Origin: Promethearchaeia archaeon
GTDB taxonomy: Archaea > Asgardarchaeota > Lokiarchaeia > Sigyniarchaeales > SOKP01
Assembly (NCBI GenBank): GCA_029856145.1
Contig: JAHQWK010000024.1
Location: 32,001 to 96,000, forward strand
Direction of reading: 5' to 3'
DNA: 64,000 nucleotides
How positions within the stretch are numbered: position 1 is the first letter of the stretch; every line of letters begins with the position of its first letter. The translations under genes and the position numbers were made by a program. The notes beneath the pieces were generated by a model. The model had not been told where the DNA came from. It saw only the letters and a list, made by a program, of their open reading frames with translations, and ran no database searches. Shown here piece by piece: positions 1 to 11,101 of the stretch.

Positions 1-3000
1 GAGCCGCTTCATTATATTTTTCTTCTTTAGCTGCTATTCTGGCTTCCTTTTCAAGGGTTTTCATTTTTGTCTTAAGATCTTCGATTTTAGTCAAACGTAT
101 AAAATCATCGAATTCATGAGATTCTTTTACTAGTTCCCAATTTGAAGCAATTTTTAAAGCATTTTGGAAGATTTTAATAGATTTATCGTAATCTTTCTCT
201 TTTCTTGCTACTATTCCATTCTTTTTTAAGTTTTTAATTTCTTTTTTGGCTCCTTTTATAGATTCAATTACAGCAGCTCCAGCTTTAGCCTCAATAGGAG
301 CAGAGATAATTTCATGCCGTTCAGATAAACTTACAAAATATGCTTCCCTTTCAGCGGGTCCCATTTGAGCAAGGTCATTAACTAATTTTTGCTTTTCTTC
401 TGGCGATAAACTGACTAATTGAGAAACTTTCTGATTAATTAAGTTCAATTCTTGTTGAGAAATAGGCTTAGCTTCAATGGCTGATATCTCAAGTGGCATT
501 AATATTTTTTTATCTCTCAATTCTTTGATTCCCATGAAAATTTCTGCTGTATCTTTACCAGTCTTTTCAGTAGCATCTTTTAATAATGTGGCAATAAAAA
601 AGAAATTTCTTTCTGAATCTTTCATTAAGTTTTTTGCGATTTTTAATACATCTCTAGATTGGGGTATCTTTAAAGCTTTAGCAGTAGAAAATTCATAGGT
701 TATCTCATGAGGCAAAATAATTGAAGTACTTAGTATCTCATCTACAATAGTTCCGGCTCCTCTAAATATATTTAGCTGGCCTCTCCAATTAGGAAGGTCA
801 TTACCATAAGCTCTCTCAAAACTATGTATGAATTCCATCAAATTTCTACGTAAAATCATTGAAGCTTTTTTACCTAATACTAAAGCAACTCTTATATATT
901 CTCCATCTGACAAAAGCAGCATTTTATCTCCATATGATATTTCATTTAATTCTTCTTGGCTCACTAAATCTTTACCAAAGCTACTTATGGCAGAAATAAA
1001 CCCTGAAATTAATTCAGGATCAATTTGATCAGAACCAAACGATTTAAAATAGACACAAGTCCCCGTTCCTTTATAGAGAACTAATATATGTTCCAAATTA
1101 ATTGCATCATCAAAAATAGTTTTTACTTCTGTAAGAACACGAGATTTTTCCCGTTTTTTAGGAACTACAACACCTCTATAGATCGCAACTGAGCTTGCTA
1201 TAGCAACAGCAGCAACTCCAATGATAATAAGATATGGAAGCAAATCTTCAAAAGTTAAACCAGAAGATGGAGCATGTACTATAATATTATAGACATTTTT
1301 TGTGTCTCCTTCATGATAATACCTACTTTGTACTTCTATAGTCAATGTTATATTTCTAATAGTATTACTGGTTAAAATTTCAAATTCAACTTCGCCTGTA
1401 CTATTTGTAGGAGTCCATATGGTTGTTGTGCCCGGGGTTCCATCGAAAATAGGTGTGATTCTTACATTTGATCCGCTAGCAATTATCCAATCAGACCCAT
1501 TGTTATATTTTACTTGCAGGATTATATGAAATGAATCTCCTGCAGTAATTTGAGTTGGTTTATCCACTACAGAGATATTGATTATATATAGGGCCCTTAA
1601 TGTCAAATTGAAACTTAATATTGAAGTCTCAAAATCAGTTATAAATACTTTAACAGATATTTCATAGGTTCCCAGTGCGGTAATATCTGAAGTATCTATA
1701 GTTCCTTGATATGAATTTGTAGCATTATTCAAAGAATTGCCAATGTTACCTTCATTTGTGGGATTCCCAATTTCAACATAGGTTACTAGATAAGAGTTAG
1801 CCATACCAGTAACTAAAGAATCACCATTATCATTATCTGTAATATTAAAGTCAATGTATAGATCTCTTCCAACAAAACTTGTATAAGTGTTAGCTATACC
1901 TGTGAGAGTTCCTTCTCCTCCAGGATCAGATACAGAAATAATATAAGTCTGAGTATTATTCCCTTGATAATAGAAAATTACAGGTTCCAAACTTGTGGCA
2001 TAATTAGGTTCAAATGTGACATTTATCATTAGTTGAATCCATCCAGAATTTAATGCTGTTATTGAAATATTTAATATATAATACCCATTAGTTCCATTAG
2101 GATATAACCAAATTTTTCTTGGGAGTCCTGTTTGATTATCTTTTACCGTGACATCACCTACAGGAAGACCTGTGATTGGAAGATTATTATCTGTGTCATT
2201 GAAATAGAATAAGACTGTTTGGTTTAAACCATCTTTCTTTATAAGATAAGGTTCAGAATCAATAATCTCAAGATCAGTTTGGGATAATATAATTGTTAGA
2301 TAAACTGTGATATTTTTTGTTTCTTTCCCCGTTGCAATAACATTGAAAATAGATTTATATGGTAAAGCCGATGCCTGAACATTGCTTGTATCCAGTTGAA
2401 TTGTATAATTTCCTGGTTCTCCTACATTTTCAGTTATCGAGGATCCTGGTAGAAATGATGGATTTAATTGCAAAATAGCAGGAGTAGCTCCTATAATGGG
2501 TGTTCCTAATACATCTGAATAATTAAATTCATATTGTACAATTGTACCTCTTATTATATCACCAAAATCTTTTGTATCTGATGGAGCTATAGAAGTATAC
2601 TGTCTTAAATGGAATGAAAATTCTGTAGAGTCACTGTTGTAATTTGTTTTGGAAGCATCTATTCCGATATAATTCATTCTATAGTTATAATCGCTTGAAT
2701 TTATCTGAATTTGATAATATCCATTACCTTCATCAACAATAGGAGGTATAAATGTAGTATTTACAATAATCGTAGCTCCAGGAATACCTTGGTCTCCTGA
2801 ATTCAAACCAGTGTCATTATAAAATACTCTAATATTAAAAATATCATCAGGAAAATGATCTTCACCGATAGGAGGTGAAATTAAGACTAAATCTGTTACC
2901 GCCATGATAGTCAAATCTTTTTCTAAAAATCCTCCTGCAGTTTCATTATGCCACCATATTTGAACTTTAAATATTCCATATTCACTAGCAGTATCAGATA

Positions 3001-4546
3001 TAGTCCAACTTCCTAATGTTAGTTCTGAGTCCGGAGTTATTAAATCATCGTAATATGAATGATTATCATAATAACCCGGGGCAGGACTATAAACAGTTAA
3101 ATTAATAGCGCCATCGGAAATGATTTCTGAGAAATTCGCAAGAAAATTTACAGTATCGGTAAAATCAACTGTTATTAAATCATCTATGCCTACAACTGTA
3201 TGGATTTTTTTTAATAGATTTTTAGATTGAGCAGTAATATACCAATTAATCCCATTTTCTGCTTTAGAGATTTGAAGATCCAGATATCCTTTATTGATAG
3301 GGCCTAAACTAATATCACTAGTTTTATCCTGTGAAGGACCATTAAATGCTGTAAAATTTTCCCATATTCGAGGAACTGTGAAATTGATTCTGTAATTATC
3401 AAAATTTGTGTCAAAAAATGTTAATCCTCCACTTCTGGTAACATTCCAGTCAAGTGATTGACCGCTCCCTGAAATAGTAAAATCTGATGTGGCTTTTAAG
3501 TCTGTTTTAGTAAAATTGATTTGAACTTCTGAAACATTACATGAAACATCCCACCAATCAGCTGAAATTTCAAACTCTAGTGATCCACTAGGATCAAATA
3601 ATTCATTTGGAGTTGTCCAATACCCAGACCCCAGGCCAACATCAGTCACATCAGTATTGTTAATTTCAAGATTTATATCTGAAGGTCTTGCATCATTATT
3701 TTCAGGACTTAAGCCAAGCAATAACGACATATCCGCATTAACTTCAGGAGCCCCACCAGTTTGTCTCCAAACAATACTATTATATGTCCCATCGGTACCA
3801 TGATGCCAATAACCATTATTTGAACTTAAACAAGAAACTCTAATAAAAAATGTATTGCTGTAGGTGTTTGTAACATCAAGTTTCTGATGCCAACCCGTAA
3901 AATTTACCCAATATGCATTACCCGCAGCGATAAATGTGCTTAAAAAAGCTGCTCCTGTTATATCTTGGTCAAATTTAATATTTCCTCCTGTAAAAGTTGC
4001 ATTATAAATATCTACAAAAAAAGTATCACCTCCAATAGTTTGACTCAGATAAACTGAAATATTTTCTACATATCCATCACCTGGGACTTCAAACGAAGTA
4101 TAATAAGCTTCACTTAAGTGTTTAGTACTTGAGATTTCATCTTCAATTAATAATGTTTTATTTGGAGCGTAGATTCCTTCAATATCAATATTTATATATG
4201 AACTATTAAAACCAACGACTGTTGGTGAAGGCTCATAGAATGTATTTGCATTATCTAAATTTGGAAATTCAATATTTGTTGTGTTTAATAAAGCTTGATG
4301 TAAAGAAATATTGATATTTTCGCCATCTTTTCCAAATGAGGAAGAATAATCTGCCAATAAAGGAATATTTTCATTATCGAAAGGTATATCAGTATCTTTA
4401 TTGTTTTCAGAATCTCTTGTTAATTGATTTTGACTTAAGTTAATATAGTTTAAATTAATGGTTGTAACAACTGTTGTAAGTATTAGTAAGAAAAGGATAA
4501 GAAGACGTTTTGTTTTTGTAATTTTTAAATAGCTCATGATTGTCAT
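1..4546 (-). CDS. Large (>1500 aa) single-pass surface protein: signal peptide, beta-rich Ig-like ectodomain, TM helix, cytoplasmic longin-like domain and helical repeats; 3' end runs off the window
   Basis: Hand-translated segments from ATG 4546 (or 4537) stay in one frame down to base 2; probably missing from the ORF track because it has no stop in the window. N-term KTKRLLILFLLILTTVV; many N-x-S/T sequons; TM LLPYLIIIGVAAVAIASSVAIY followed by RGVVVPKKRE; then LEHILVLYKGTGTCVYFKSFGSDQIDPELISGFISAISSF. Confidence 0.85.
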   Translation of the reverse strand, partial: MTIMSYLKITKTKRLLILFLLILTTVVTTINLNYINLSQNQLTRDSENNKDTDIPFDNENIPLLADYSSSFGKDGENINISLHQALLNTTNIEFPNLDNANTFYEPSPTVVGFNSSYINIDIEGIYAPNKTLLIEDEISSTKHLSEAYYTSFEVPGDGYVENISVYLSQTIGGDTFFVDIYNATFTGGNIKFDQDITGAAFLSTFIAAGNAYWVNFTGWHQKLDVTNTYSNTFFIRVSCLSSNNGYWHHGTDGTYNSIVWRQTGGAPEVNADMSLLLGLSPENNDARPSDINLEINNTDVTDVGLGSGYWTTPNELFDPSGSLEFEISADWWDVSCNVSEVQINFTKTDLKATSDFTISGSGQSLDWNVTRSGGLTFFDTNFDNYRINFTVPRIWENFTAFNGPSQDKTSDISLGPINKGYLDLQISKAENGINWYITAQSKNLLKKIHTVVGIDDLITVDFTDTVNFLANFSEIISDGAINLTVYSPAPGYYDNHSYYDDLITPDSELTLGSWTISDTASEYGIFKVQIWWHNETAGGFLEKDLTIMAVTDLVLISPPIGEDHFPDDIFNIRVFYNDTGLNSGDQGIPGATIIVNTTFIPPIVDEGNGYYQIQINSSDYNYRMNYIGIDASKTNYNSDSTEFSFHLRQYTSIAPSDTKDFGDIIRGTIVQYEFNYSDVLGTPIIGATPAILQLNPSFLPGSSITENVGEPGNYTIQLDTSNVQASALPYKSIFNVIATGKETKNITVYLTIILSQTDLEIIDSEPYLIKKDGLNQTVLFYFNDTDNNLPITGLPVGDVTVKDNQTGLPRKIWLYPNGTNGYYILNISITALNSGWIQLMINVTFEPNYATSLEPVIFYYQGNNTQTYIISVSDPGGEGTLTGIANTYTSFVGRDLYIDFNITDNDNGDSLVTGMANSYLVTYVEIGNPTNEGNIGNSLNNATNSYQGTIDTSDITALGTYEISVKVFITDFETSILSFNLTLRALYIINISVVDKPTQITAGDSFHIILQVKYNNGSDWIIASGSNVRITPIFDGTPGTTTIWTPTNSTGEVEFEILTSNTIRNITLTIEVQSRYYHEGDTKNVYNIIVHAPSSGLTFEDLLPYLIIIGVAAVAIASSVAIYRGVVVPKKREKSRVLTEVKTIFDDAINLEHILVLYKGTGTCVYFKSFGSDQIDPELISGFISAISSFGKDLVSQEELNEISYGDKMLLLSDGEYIRVALVLGKKASMILRRNLMEFIHSFERAYGNDLPNWRGQLNIFRGAGTIVDEILSTSIILPHEITYEFSTAKALKIPQSRDVLKIAKNLMKDSERNFFFIATLLKDATEKTGKDTAEIFMGIKELRDKKILMPLEISAIEAKPISQQELNLINQKVSQLVSLSPEEKQKLVNDLAQMGPAEREAYFVSLSERHEIISAPIEAKAGAAVIESIKGAKKEIKNLKKNGIVARKEKDYDKSIKIFQNALKIASNWELVKESHEFDDFIRLTKIEDLKTKMKTLEKEARIAAKEEKYNEAA

Positions 4547-4809
4547 AAATTTTTTAATTTTTTATATAACAATTAATCATTTATACTAATATTTTTATAG
4601 ATTAAAATTGAATGTTATTTTTCAATTTAAATTGTATAAATTATATCACGATTAACTGCTATAAATCTATCTTTTTTTAAGGAAATTATGATTGATTGAG
4701 TACATAGAAATAATCCAATATAGAAATTGAAACCCAATTTTAAGAAATAGGAAGAAAATTTATTGGATTTAAAAAGAAATAATAAAATAAAGGTATTAAA
4801 ATAGATTTG

Positions 4810-5508
4810 TTATTCGCGAGATTCTTTCTTCTTTAAAATAATTCTTGCATCTACACAAATTAATCCTTTTTCGTAAATAAACACGGGGTTGAGATCCATT
4901 TCATTAATCTCTTCGTGTTTAACCACGAGATCAGATATCGTTAATAACACATTTATTATTGCTTTAATATCTGCTTTAGGCTTTCCACGATATCCATCTA
5001 ATATTGGAAAACCCTTAATTTCATGAATCATCTCTTTAGCATCATATTCTGTTATTGGAGCAATTCTAAAACTAACATCCTCTAAGAGTTCAACTAAAAT
5101 ACCACCAATTCCAAACATTAACGCAGGACCAAATTGAGGGTCTGTAGTCATACCAATAATAAGTTCAGTAATTGGTTCATCAGCCATTTTTTGTACTGAA
5201 ATCTTTTTTTCCCTCTGAGATGGAATTTGCATTAGTTCATCGTAAGCTTTGTCTACGTCCTCTTTCGATTGTAAATTTAACTTTACCGCTCCAGTATCAG
5301 ATTTATGAACAACATCTTCTGCCATAAGTTTCAATACAATAGGAAAGCCAATCTCCTCGGCTGCAGAGACAGTTTCTTTTTTAGAAATAGTTAATTTTTG
5401 AACTGGAACAGGAATTCCAATTTCTCTAAGAAGCTCCTTAGATTCAAATTCAGTCAAAACTGTTTGGTTTGATTCAATCTTATTTTTCAAAACTTCAGCT
5501 ATATTCAT
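4810..5508 (-). CDS. ADP-forming acetate/acyl-CoA ligase beta subunit (ATP-grasp)
   Basis: LTEFESKELL, HKSDTGAV, DPQFGPALMFGIGG and EMDLNPV motifs. Confidence 0.9.
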   Translation of the reverse strand: MNIAEVLKNKIESNQTVLTEFESKELLREIGIPVPVQKLTISKKETVSAAEEIGFPIVLKLMAEDVVHKSDTGAVKLNLQSKEDVDKAYDELMQIPSQREKKISVQKMADEPITELIIGMTTDPQFGPALMFGIGGILVELLEDVSFRIAPITEYDAKEMIHEIKGFPILDGYRGKPKADIKAIINVLLTISDLVVKHEEINEMDLNPVFIYEKGLICVDARIILKKKESRE

Positions 5509-5669
5509 TATAATATTCCCGTTTTAGGATATTGAACTATTCCGTTCTAATTATTAAATTAAATTATAAAAAAAATATAAAATTAATTAAAAAGAATCAA
5601 AGAATAAAGTAAGGATAATTGAAAAAGACTATAAAATAAAATATAATTAAGAATAAAATTAAATGCGTA

Positions 5670-8513
5670 TTAAGATTTTTTCCATATTGTCATCCCTCTC
5701 CTCTTACGAATTCGCCATTTCCTCATCTCATCAACAACCGAAACGCTAAAAGCACCAACAAAAAGGGTTATCCAGTAATATGGGTGGAATAAAGGTACAA
5801 CATGAAATGCTATTCCCAATGGTGTAAATAGTATAAGTAATTGTAATCCTAAAGAAAGTCCAGTTGCCCAAAATAAATGTTTATTTGGAAACAAGTAAAA
5901 TGGTTTGATATTGGAAGTACATGTGTAAACAAACAATAATTCGCAAATGACTAGATTTGTAAATAATATCGATTGCGCTAATGAGATCGCATATAAGTTT
6001 GAAGCCGTACCCGCAGTTATAAAATCAGTACCTAACCTAGGATCAATTCCTGTTTGAGCCCATGCAGGGATTAATACACCCCAAAGTAGCAAATACAACG
6101 TTATATCTGTAATAGCTGTATAAATTCCAAGTAAAAGAACTGGACCTTTTATCTCAGGTAGTAAAGTGAATCCCTTTCTTGGTTTCTCTTTCATTACATC
6201 TGGATCCGTGGGCGTAAAGCCCAATACCATAGCGGGAATTCCATCCGTAGCTATGTTAAGCCATAAAATCTGAATTGGCGCAACTGGAAGGGCAAGAAAC
6301 ACAGATGAAAATAGTTTCATTACAATATATGCTACAAGAATTAAAAAGATCTCATCAAAATTAGTGCTTAACATGTATCGGAAGAATCCTTTAGTTGTTT
6401 CGAATATTCCACGTCCTTCTTCTATGGCATTTACAATTGTTGCGTAGTTGTCATCTATCAATATCATTTCTGAGGCTTCTTGAGTCACCTCAGTTCCTTT
6501 TAAACCCATCGCTACACCTACATGTGCTCCTTTCACAGCGGGGGCATCATTTACACCATCTCCGGTCATCGAAACCACTAAATCCAATTCCTTTAATCTA
6601 CGTAGAATCCTGAGTTTATGCTCTGATGTAACTCTCGCAAAAATATCTACAGCTTTAACTCTTTCCCGGAGATCATCATCACTCATTTCTTCTAATTCTA
6701 AGCCAGTAATAGCTTCACTTGATTCTGTTAATCCGATTTCATGTGCGATGGCAATAGCAGTAATCTTATGATCTCCTGTTATCATGATTGTCCTGATTCC
6801 TGCCATCCTGGCTTCTTCAATTGCGTCTTTTACTTCATCTCTAGCGGGATCAATAATTCCGGCTAAACCTAGATATATATAATCGCTTTCAATTTCTTCT
6901 TCAGTAAAATCTTCATTTAAAGGTTTATAAGCAATACCAAGAACTCTTAATGCATTTTTAGCAAATTCCTCATTCTTATTTAATATAATCTCTTTTACTT
7001 CATTAATTGGCTTCTCTTGTCCATGAAAAACCGCCTTACTAGCATTATTCAATAGAATATCTGGAGCACCTTTAATTAAAGCATAATTTCGATTATCTAT
7101 TTTTGATACTACGGACATCATTTTTCTATCAGAACTAAATGGAATTTCATAAATTTTTTCCGATTTAGTATCTAATTCCATTTTCATAGCTAAAACTTTA
7201 AGTGAGATCTCAGTTGGATCGCCGACCACATCTGTATCACTAGTCCCATCATTTCTAAGGGCAACATTGGAATTATTACAATACATACATACATCAAGAA
7301 ATCTTTTAAGATTGTTTTCATATGTTGCGGTAACTTGCTTTCCTTTCTCACCTACAATCTTTCCTTCAAGAGCATAACCAACACCTTCCACATTATACTC
7401 ATTTCCTCCAACAAAAACTTTTACAACTGTCATTTCGTTTTTTGTTAATGTACCTGTTTTATCTGAACAAATAACGCTTACCCTTCCCAATGTTTCTACT
7501 GCTGTAAGTTTACGAACCAGAGCATTACGATCAGCCATTTTGCGCATTCCTAAGGACATAACAACAGTAATTACAACTATTAAACCTTCGGGAACTGCAG
7601 AAACCGCTAAACTTATTGATATTTCAAATGCTTCAATAAGTTCATCAAGATTAAATGTTGTTGCTAATAAAAGAATTAGTTCCATTAGAAAAACTACTCC
7701 ACAGATTATTAGTATTAATATTCCTAAAAGCTTTCCAAATCTGTTTACCTCTTTTTGAAATGGACTAAGCTCAATTTTCTCTTCTTGCAAACTTACTGCT
7801 ATTTTACCTATCTCCGTATGCATTCCTGTTCCAATAACGATTCCTTCTCCATTTCCTCTAGTGATAATAGTGTTCATGTAGCCAAGATTAGTCCTATCGG
7901 CCAAAATCATTTTCTCCTCAACAGGATTTAATTGTTTTTTAACTGGTATTGATTCTCCAGTCAAAATTGCTTCATCAACATAAAGTGAGAATTCTCTATA
8001 AAGTCTGATATCCGCAGGGAATTTATCTCCATCTTCAAAAAGTGCGATATCTCCAGGAACAACATCTTCTACTCCAATTTCAATAACTCTTCCAGCCCTT
8101 CGAACTTTAGCAAAATGTGGTGCAAGTTTCTTAAGACTTTCAAGTGATTTCTCTGCTTGATACTCTTGGTAAAATCCTAAAATAGCATTTACTATCAAAA
8201 TTGCTGCAATCACTATAGCATCAGTATATTCTGAGGGCCACTCTTCTCCAGATTCAATGGATTCATATATTCCAATTGCTATTGAGATAATTATTGCAAA
8301 GATTAGAAGATAAATAAGGAAATCCTTAAATTGTCCTATGAAAATTTGCCAAGCCGTCTTACCCTTTTCTTTAATTAATTCATTTCTTCCATATTTCTCA
8401 AGTCTGGTTTGAGCCTCATTTTTAGTTAAACCCACCTCCATAGATGTATTCATTTTTTTAGCTACTTCTTCATAACTATTTGAGTGTGCTTGAATGTTAT
8501 CTAAATCCATCAT
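5670..8513 (-). CDS. P-type cation-transporting ATPase, type II (Ca2+-ATPase-like)
   Basis: TGES, PEGL, DKTGTLT phosphorylation site, KGAPD, TGDH, GDGVNDAP, QILWLNIATD. Confidence 0.95.
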   Translation of the reverse strand: MMDLDNIQAHSNSYEEVAKKMNTSMEVGLTKNEAQTRLEKYGRNELIKEKGKTAWQIFIGQFKDFLIYLLIFAIIISIAIGIYESIESGEEWPSEYTDAIVIAAILIVNAILGFYQEYQAEKSLESLKKLAPHFAKVRRAGRVIEIGVEDVVPGDIALFEDGDKFPADIRLYREFSLYVDEAILTGESIPVKKQLNPVEEKMILADRTNLGYMNTIITRGNGEGIVIGTGMHTEIGKIAVSLQEEKIELSPFQKEVNRFGKLLGILILIICGVVFLMELILLLATTFNLDELIEAFEISISLAVSAVPEGLIVVITVVMSLGMRKMADRNALVRKLTAVETLGRVSVICSDKTGTLTKNEMTVVKVFVGGNEYNVEGVGYALEGKIVGEKGKQVTATYENNLKRFLDVCMYCNNSNVALRNDGTSDTDVVGDPTEISLKVLAMKMELDTKSEKIYEIPFSSDRKMMSVVSKIDNRNYALIKGAPDILLNNASKAVFHGQEKPINEVKEIILNKNEEFAKNALRVLGIAYKPLNEDFTEEEIESDYIYLGLAGIIDPARDEVKDAIEEARMAGIRTIMITGDHKITAIAIAHEIGLTESSEAITGLELEEMSDDDLRERVKAVDIFARVTSEHKLRILRRLKELDLVVSMTGDGVNDAPAVKGAHVGVAMGLKGTEVTQEASEMILIDDNYATIVNAIEEGRGIFETTKGFFRYMLSTNFDEIFLILVAYIVMKLFSSVFLALPVAPIQILWLNIATDGIPAMVLGFTPTDPDVMKEKPRKGFTLLPEIKGPVLLLGIYTAITDITLYLLLWGVLIPAWAQTGIDPRLGTDFITAGTASNLYAISLAQSILFTNLVICELLFVYTCTSNIKPFYLFPNKHLFWATGLSLGLQLLILFTPLGIAFHVVPLFHPYYWITLFVGAFSVSVVDEMRKWRIRKRRGMTIWKKS

Positions 8514-8854
8514 AATAATATCAGTTTTTTTTATATGTTTTTGAAAAAAAAATAATTATTTTTCTTATATTCTAATTATTTAATTAATAAATTTAAATTC
8601 AATTATACTGATTAATAAAGAAAATATATTTCAAAAAATTGATAGTTCTCTAAAGTTAGAAGAAAAGAGCTCTAAAAAAAGATCTGAAGTTTTTATAATC
8701 ATTTCAAAAACATGTAATTTTCGATTCAACAGATCTAAGTCAAAAGAACCTAAATTGCTAATAAATATAAATACAAAATTTATATGTATAATATTTCTAA
8801 TAAAAGTTAAATTAAGTCTTCAAATTAAAAAAAAAACATTTGCTCTAGATCAAT

Positions 8855-9421
8855 ATGAGACCATCTCGAATTTTTAGAATGTTATTTAAGATTTTTATTT
8901 CCATACTAACTTTATCAGTTACCGTTGTTTCTATACTTGGTGGAATGTCTGCTTTTATGATCCTTCTAAATCCAGATAATATAGGAATAGATCCTGGTGA
9001 AATTGATATCAATTTTAATCCATCTCCATTAAATATTAACTTTACATTACCCTTTAATTTGACCAATGCAGGATATTTTGATTTGGAAAATCTTGAACTT
9101 AAAGTCGATCTTGCTATGAATTATAGTCATGTAGATTATCCTGTGCTAGGAGTAAATGAATCAAGAGTAATTCAAATATTCAATAAATCACAAAATTTTG
9201 GGACAATACCAAAAGGTATGACAGGGAACTTTAATTTTACCGGATTATTTAGTGACTTCAATTTTCCACCTTCATTCAATTTCACTTCAGATGTAGATTG
9301 GTCTATAGGTCCTCCCGCTATATTATTTTTTGCTAATTTCACTGTCAGTTTAGATTATTCAGTTGGGTTGCATTCAGTAATAATAGGTTTTATTAATATT
9401 CCTTTAGGAGGATTTCCATAA
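8855..9421 (+). CDS. Membrane-anchored hypothetical protein with a beta-rich (LEA14/WHy-like) domain
   Basis: N-terminal TM helix; FTLPFNLTNAGYFDL; several N-x-S/T sequons. Confidence 0.65.
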   Translation: MRPSRIFRMLFKIFISILTLSVTVVSILGGMSAFMILLNPDNIGIDPGEIDINFNPSPLNINFTLPFNLTNAGYFDLENLELKVDLAMNYSHVDYPVLGVNESRVIQIFNKSQNFGTIPKGMTGNFNFTGLFSDFNFPPSFNFTSDVDWSIGPPAILFFANFTVSLDYSVGLHSVIIGFINIPLGGFP

Positions 9422-9433
9422 GAGGTGTAACAA

Positions 9434-9913
9434 ATGGGTTCTTTTAAAAATATGCTAAGAGGTTTTATTTACACTGCTATATATGCTGTTGTTACAATTG
9501 TTATTCCGTTAGTTACATTCTCATGGCTTTTTCAGTTGACTGTTCAAGGGTTTCCCTTAGATTTTGAACAACAAGAATATCAAAGTATTTTATTTTGGGT
9601 AATTGCTTTTGGTTTAATTATTTGCGGTTGTGCATTTTTCTCACACTCATCCCCAAAACAGTCAGTCCGAAAAGCAGTGTTTGCTTTGATTCAAGTTATT
9701 GTTAATTGTTTATATTTATGGAGCTATAAATTTTCTGGAGCAACTGATATACAATTTACGATAACTGGTTATGGATTTTTCTCTTTGAACATTCAACAGA
9801 TGGTTTTAATATATATGGGTATATACTTTCTCACAATTGTTATAAAAATGTATGATATAATAGATTTTGCTGTTAATAGAGAGGAGATTCGAGAGAATCG
9901 AATGAAAGCATAA
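9434..9913 (+). CDS. Hypothetical integral membrane protein (about 4 TM)
   Basis: Hydrophobic segments; GAGGTG Shine-Dalgarno-like sequence upstream; 12 bp from the previous gene. Confidence 0.75.
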   Translation: MGSFKNMLRGFIYTAIYAVVTIVIPLVTFSWLFQLTVQGFPLDFEQQEYQSILFWVIAFGLIICGCAFFSHSSPKQSVRKAVFALIQVIVNCLYLWSYKFSGATDIQFTITGYGFFSLNIQQMVLIYMGIYFLTIVIKMYDIIDFAVNREEIRENRMKA

Positions 9914-9927
9914 AAGGGGTAAAAAAA

Positions 9928-10320
9928 ATGATTTTACAAGGAGCAGATTTTTATCAAGTTCTTGCCGATATTATTGGAGCAATATTAACCTTCTTAATGC
10001 CACTAGTAGCCCCGATTGGGCTCTGGATGACTGATTGGATTACAGTTGTATTTGGGTTTTTACAGCAAAACTTAGGTGGGGACTTAACACTATTTATTGT
10101 TATTTGCGTAGTTTTAATAGTATTGGGTATGATCGTTAATATTATTTGGCCGGGTGATCGCCCAGGTAGTATCTTTTCAAAAGAAAAAATCGAAGATTTA
10201 GAAGATAAAATTGAATCACATGAAGGAAAAGGTATAATTGATGAGATTACACGATGTAAAGACTGCGGTAACCCTATTGGCGATGCTGAAACGTGTTCTT
10301 TATGTGGTGCTCGAAATTAA
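9928..10320 (+). CDS. Membrane protein with C-terminal zinc ribbon
   Basis: N-terminal TM helices; CKDC...CSLC at the C-terminus; GGGGT upstream. Confidence 0.75.
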   Translation: MILQGADFYQVLADIIGAILTFLMPLVAPIGLWMTDWITVVFGFLQQNLGGDLTLFIVICVVLIVLGMIVNIIWPGDRPGSIFSKEKIEDLEDKIESHEGKGIIDEITRCKDCGNPIGDAETCSLCGARN

Positions 10321-10345
10321 TAATTATAATTTCCTTATTTTCTTA

Positions 10346-10990
10346 TTATTTTTTGATTTTAAGTAGAAATTCAGCAACTCTTTTCCCAAGATCTTTAGCT
10401 ATCAAACCTCCTAATTCATCAACTTCATCTTTTCCTAAAAATTCCTTCAACTTATGTTTTTGTAAACTAGTAATCGGGATATTACCTTCAATTACAGGGT
10501 TCCCTAAAGCATTACCAATAACAACCATTCCTTGAATGAGAGCAAAATTAATTAAATCAGATATTACACCTTCTCCACCATTCCTTAAACCGGTTGAAGC
10601 CATTGGAGCAAAAATTACATCTTTTAACAAATAGTTTTTCATTTTCCATGGCCTGGAGCGGTCTATAAGGACTTTAATCTGAGAGCTCACTGAACCAAAA
10701 TAATTTGGAGCAGCTATCATTAATGCAGATGATCCTAATATAATGGTTTCTAATTTCTTAGTATCATCTTCTTTAGCTAACGGGCAATCATTTGGTGGCC
10801 GTAAGCATTGATCACATCCATTACAAGGAGTTAATTTATAGTCTGTAATATGAATTTTCTTTATTTCAAATTCTTCGTTTACAGATCTTATACCTTCAAT
10901 TGCTTCATCAATAAGAAAATTACAACTTTTATTCTTTCTGGGTGATCCAACTATCAAAGTTATTTTTATCATACTCAAAATTTTCTCCAA
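10346..10990 (-). CDS. Iron-sulfur flavoprotein / NADPH-dependent FMN reductase (flavodoxin-like)
   Basis: GSPRK, CNGCDQC-x6-C cluster motif, APNYFGSVS; true start may be ATG at 10972. Confidence 0.9.
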   Translation of the reverse strand: MEKILSMIKITLIVGSPRKNKSCNFLIDEAIEGIRSVNEEFEIKKIHITDYKLTPCNGCDQCLRPPNDCPLAKEDDTKKLETIILGSSALMIAAPNYFGSVSSQIKVLIDRSRPWKMKNYLLKDVIFAPMASTGLRNGGEGVISDLINFALIQGMVVIGNALGNPVIEGNIPITSLQKHKLKEFLGKDEVDELGGLIAKDLGKRVAEFLLKIKK

Positions 10991-11101
10991 TAATAAATTA
11001 TATGTTTTATTAAATGAATAATATTAAATTTAAATTTAGTATCTATTCTAATTAGGTATAATAATAAGAATATTTATCATCGATATTTCAGTAGAAGATA
11101 T

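Noticed and set aside
477-1028. Short + strand ORFs 477..698 and 828..1028
   Set aside because: Antisense shadows of the large minus-strand surface-protein gene.
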